Shown: positions 51,830 to 52,992 of the stretch, in pieces
Layout: each line of letters opens with the position of its first letter
Numbering within the stretch: position 1 is the stretch's first letter
Assembly (NCBI RefSeq): GCF_004010195.1
Contig: NC_057718.1
Span: forward strand, 91,620,634 to 91,673,625
Origin: Chiloscyllium plagiosum
Lineage: Eukaryota
Direction of reading: 5' to 3'
DNA: 52,992 nt
The notes under the pieces: generated by a model
Databases searched by the model: none
Told to the model about the DNA's origin: nothing
What the model saw: only the letters and a program-made list of their open reading frames with translations
Made by a program: the position numbers and the translations under genes

Positions 51830-52450
51830 GCTGAACAGAATAGCATCGTTACAGCTTCAGGACTCCACATTCTGCATGAATCTTCCTCATGTTCCTGAAA
51901 TCTTGATATGTCCTGTGGTCTCATCAAAATTATGGGTTTTTACATGGGAAGGGACCAGCAGGGTCATATTATAACTAACCAAAAAGATTAATGGTAATTT
52001 CCTGTGAACAGAATCTGTTCAACAACCCCTCAACATTCCCTCCCAACCCTATTCAGCCATGATCTAATCCAGTAGCATATCTGCATTTTAACCGCCTGAC
52101 TGCAGTAGATTTTATTCCCCAGGTTGTAGGAAAAATCCAAGTTTTTAAATTTTCATTTCAATAGTAGTATTTTGGGATGGTGACAATCCAGATTTTTACT
52201 TTGCATTGTACAAAGAAATGCTTTCTAATAAAATGCACATGAAAAAAATGGCATTGAATGAATGATGCATGATCACTGACTGTATTAAAGGCTGGGATTG
52301 ACACATTTTTAGGTTTTCAGGGAATTGAGGAACTTGGGCATTGGTCAGAAACTAGAATTCATGCTCAACTTCAATCATGATTGCACAGAATGATAGAGCG
52401 GGCTCAACAGAACATATGATCTGTGGTTATTCTTGCCCTATCTTAATGGT
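51830..52450. mobile_element. Decayed CR1 3' fragments in both orientations
   Basis: attcagccatgatct on the minus piece; caatcatgatt..agaatgatagagcgggctc on the plus piece. Confidence 0.45.
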
Positions 52451-52529
52451 TGATGTGTGACAGCATTCAACAGCTTGGCTCTAAGCTGATATCCAGTCTT
52501 TCTGGATTTCCACCCGAGAAAACATTGTT

Positions 52530-52992
52530 TTGGAACTTTGGGAAAAAAAAAAGTCAAAACAACAGTTTAAAAAGGAGAAGAGCAGACAAAGGAAGCACAT
52601 GGTGAGGACAGTGCAGGACAGAGAGAGAGAGAGAAAAAACCTGCACAGTTACTGCCTTTGCTGTTTGAATTCGTGTATGGCTGGACATCGGAGTGCATCT
52701 GGGAAAATTAACAAACAGTGAAATTCACGACTAATCTTGGAGGAACTGTTGGGCAAAGTTCACAGCACAGAATCAGATAAGTTAATTGTTGTTTTAAGTC
52801 TGTCCAAGAGAAAGGCTGCAGTAGTGGGTACAGTGGATTCTTTCTTGATTATATGTTTTTGGAGATAAGTCTCTTGATTAAACTTAAAATATAAGCCATA
52901 GCTATTAATTTAACCTGGGGCAGTGTTTGTAGAGGAATAAGACAGTGTTATTTTCTGGGTCTGTAGATTGTGAAGGAGCAAAAATGGCCTTT
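52530..52992 (+). mobile_element. Probable 5' UTR of a young retroelement (CR1-like) running off the window; candidate ORF1 ATG at 52984
   Basis: Resembles recurrent shark repeat sequence as I recall it (gtctgtagattgtgaaggagcaaaaATGGCCTTT); no coding sequence in the window to confirm. Confidence 0.4.

Overview
AT-rich vertebrate genomic DNA, almost certainly from a shark or other chondrichthyan, judged from HE1-type SINEs, many CR1 LINEs and Penelope-like elements (PLEs). The only host coding sequence I can support is one 128-nt minus-strand exon (50437-50564) of Ral GTPase-activating protein alpha subunit, most likely RALGAPA2. That exon ends at a minor-spliceosome (U12-type) donor, GTATCCTTT. 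I found no next exon, so the roughly 50 kb to its left appears to be one very long U12 intron. The intron is filled with CR1, L2 and Rex1-type LINE pieces, SINEs and PLEs. Four things stand out. (1) Several minimal hammerhead ribozymes sit in PLE-derived repeats, three with intact cores, including a 91-nt hammerhead+AATAAA mini-insertion with an 11-bp target-site duplication (TSD). (2) An approximately 2.6-kb interrupted palindrome lies at 33150-35759. (3) One Penelope copy is heavily rearranged. (4) Several repeat-free islands carry RE1/RFX/E-box/octamer motifs and may be enhancers. All calls come from reading the sequence by eye; repeat boundaries are approximate and no database search was run.
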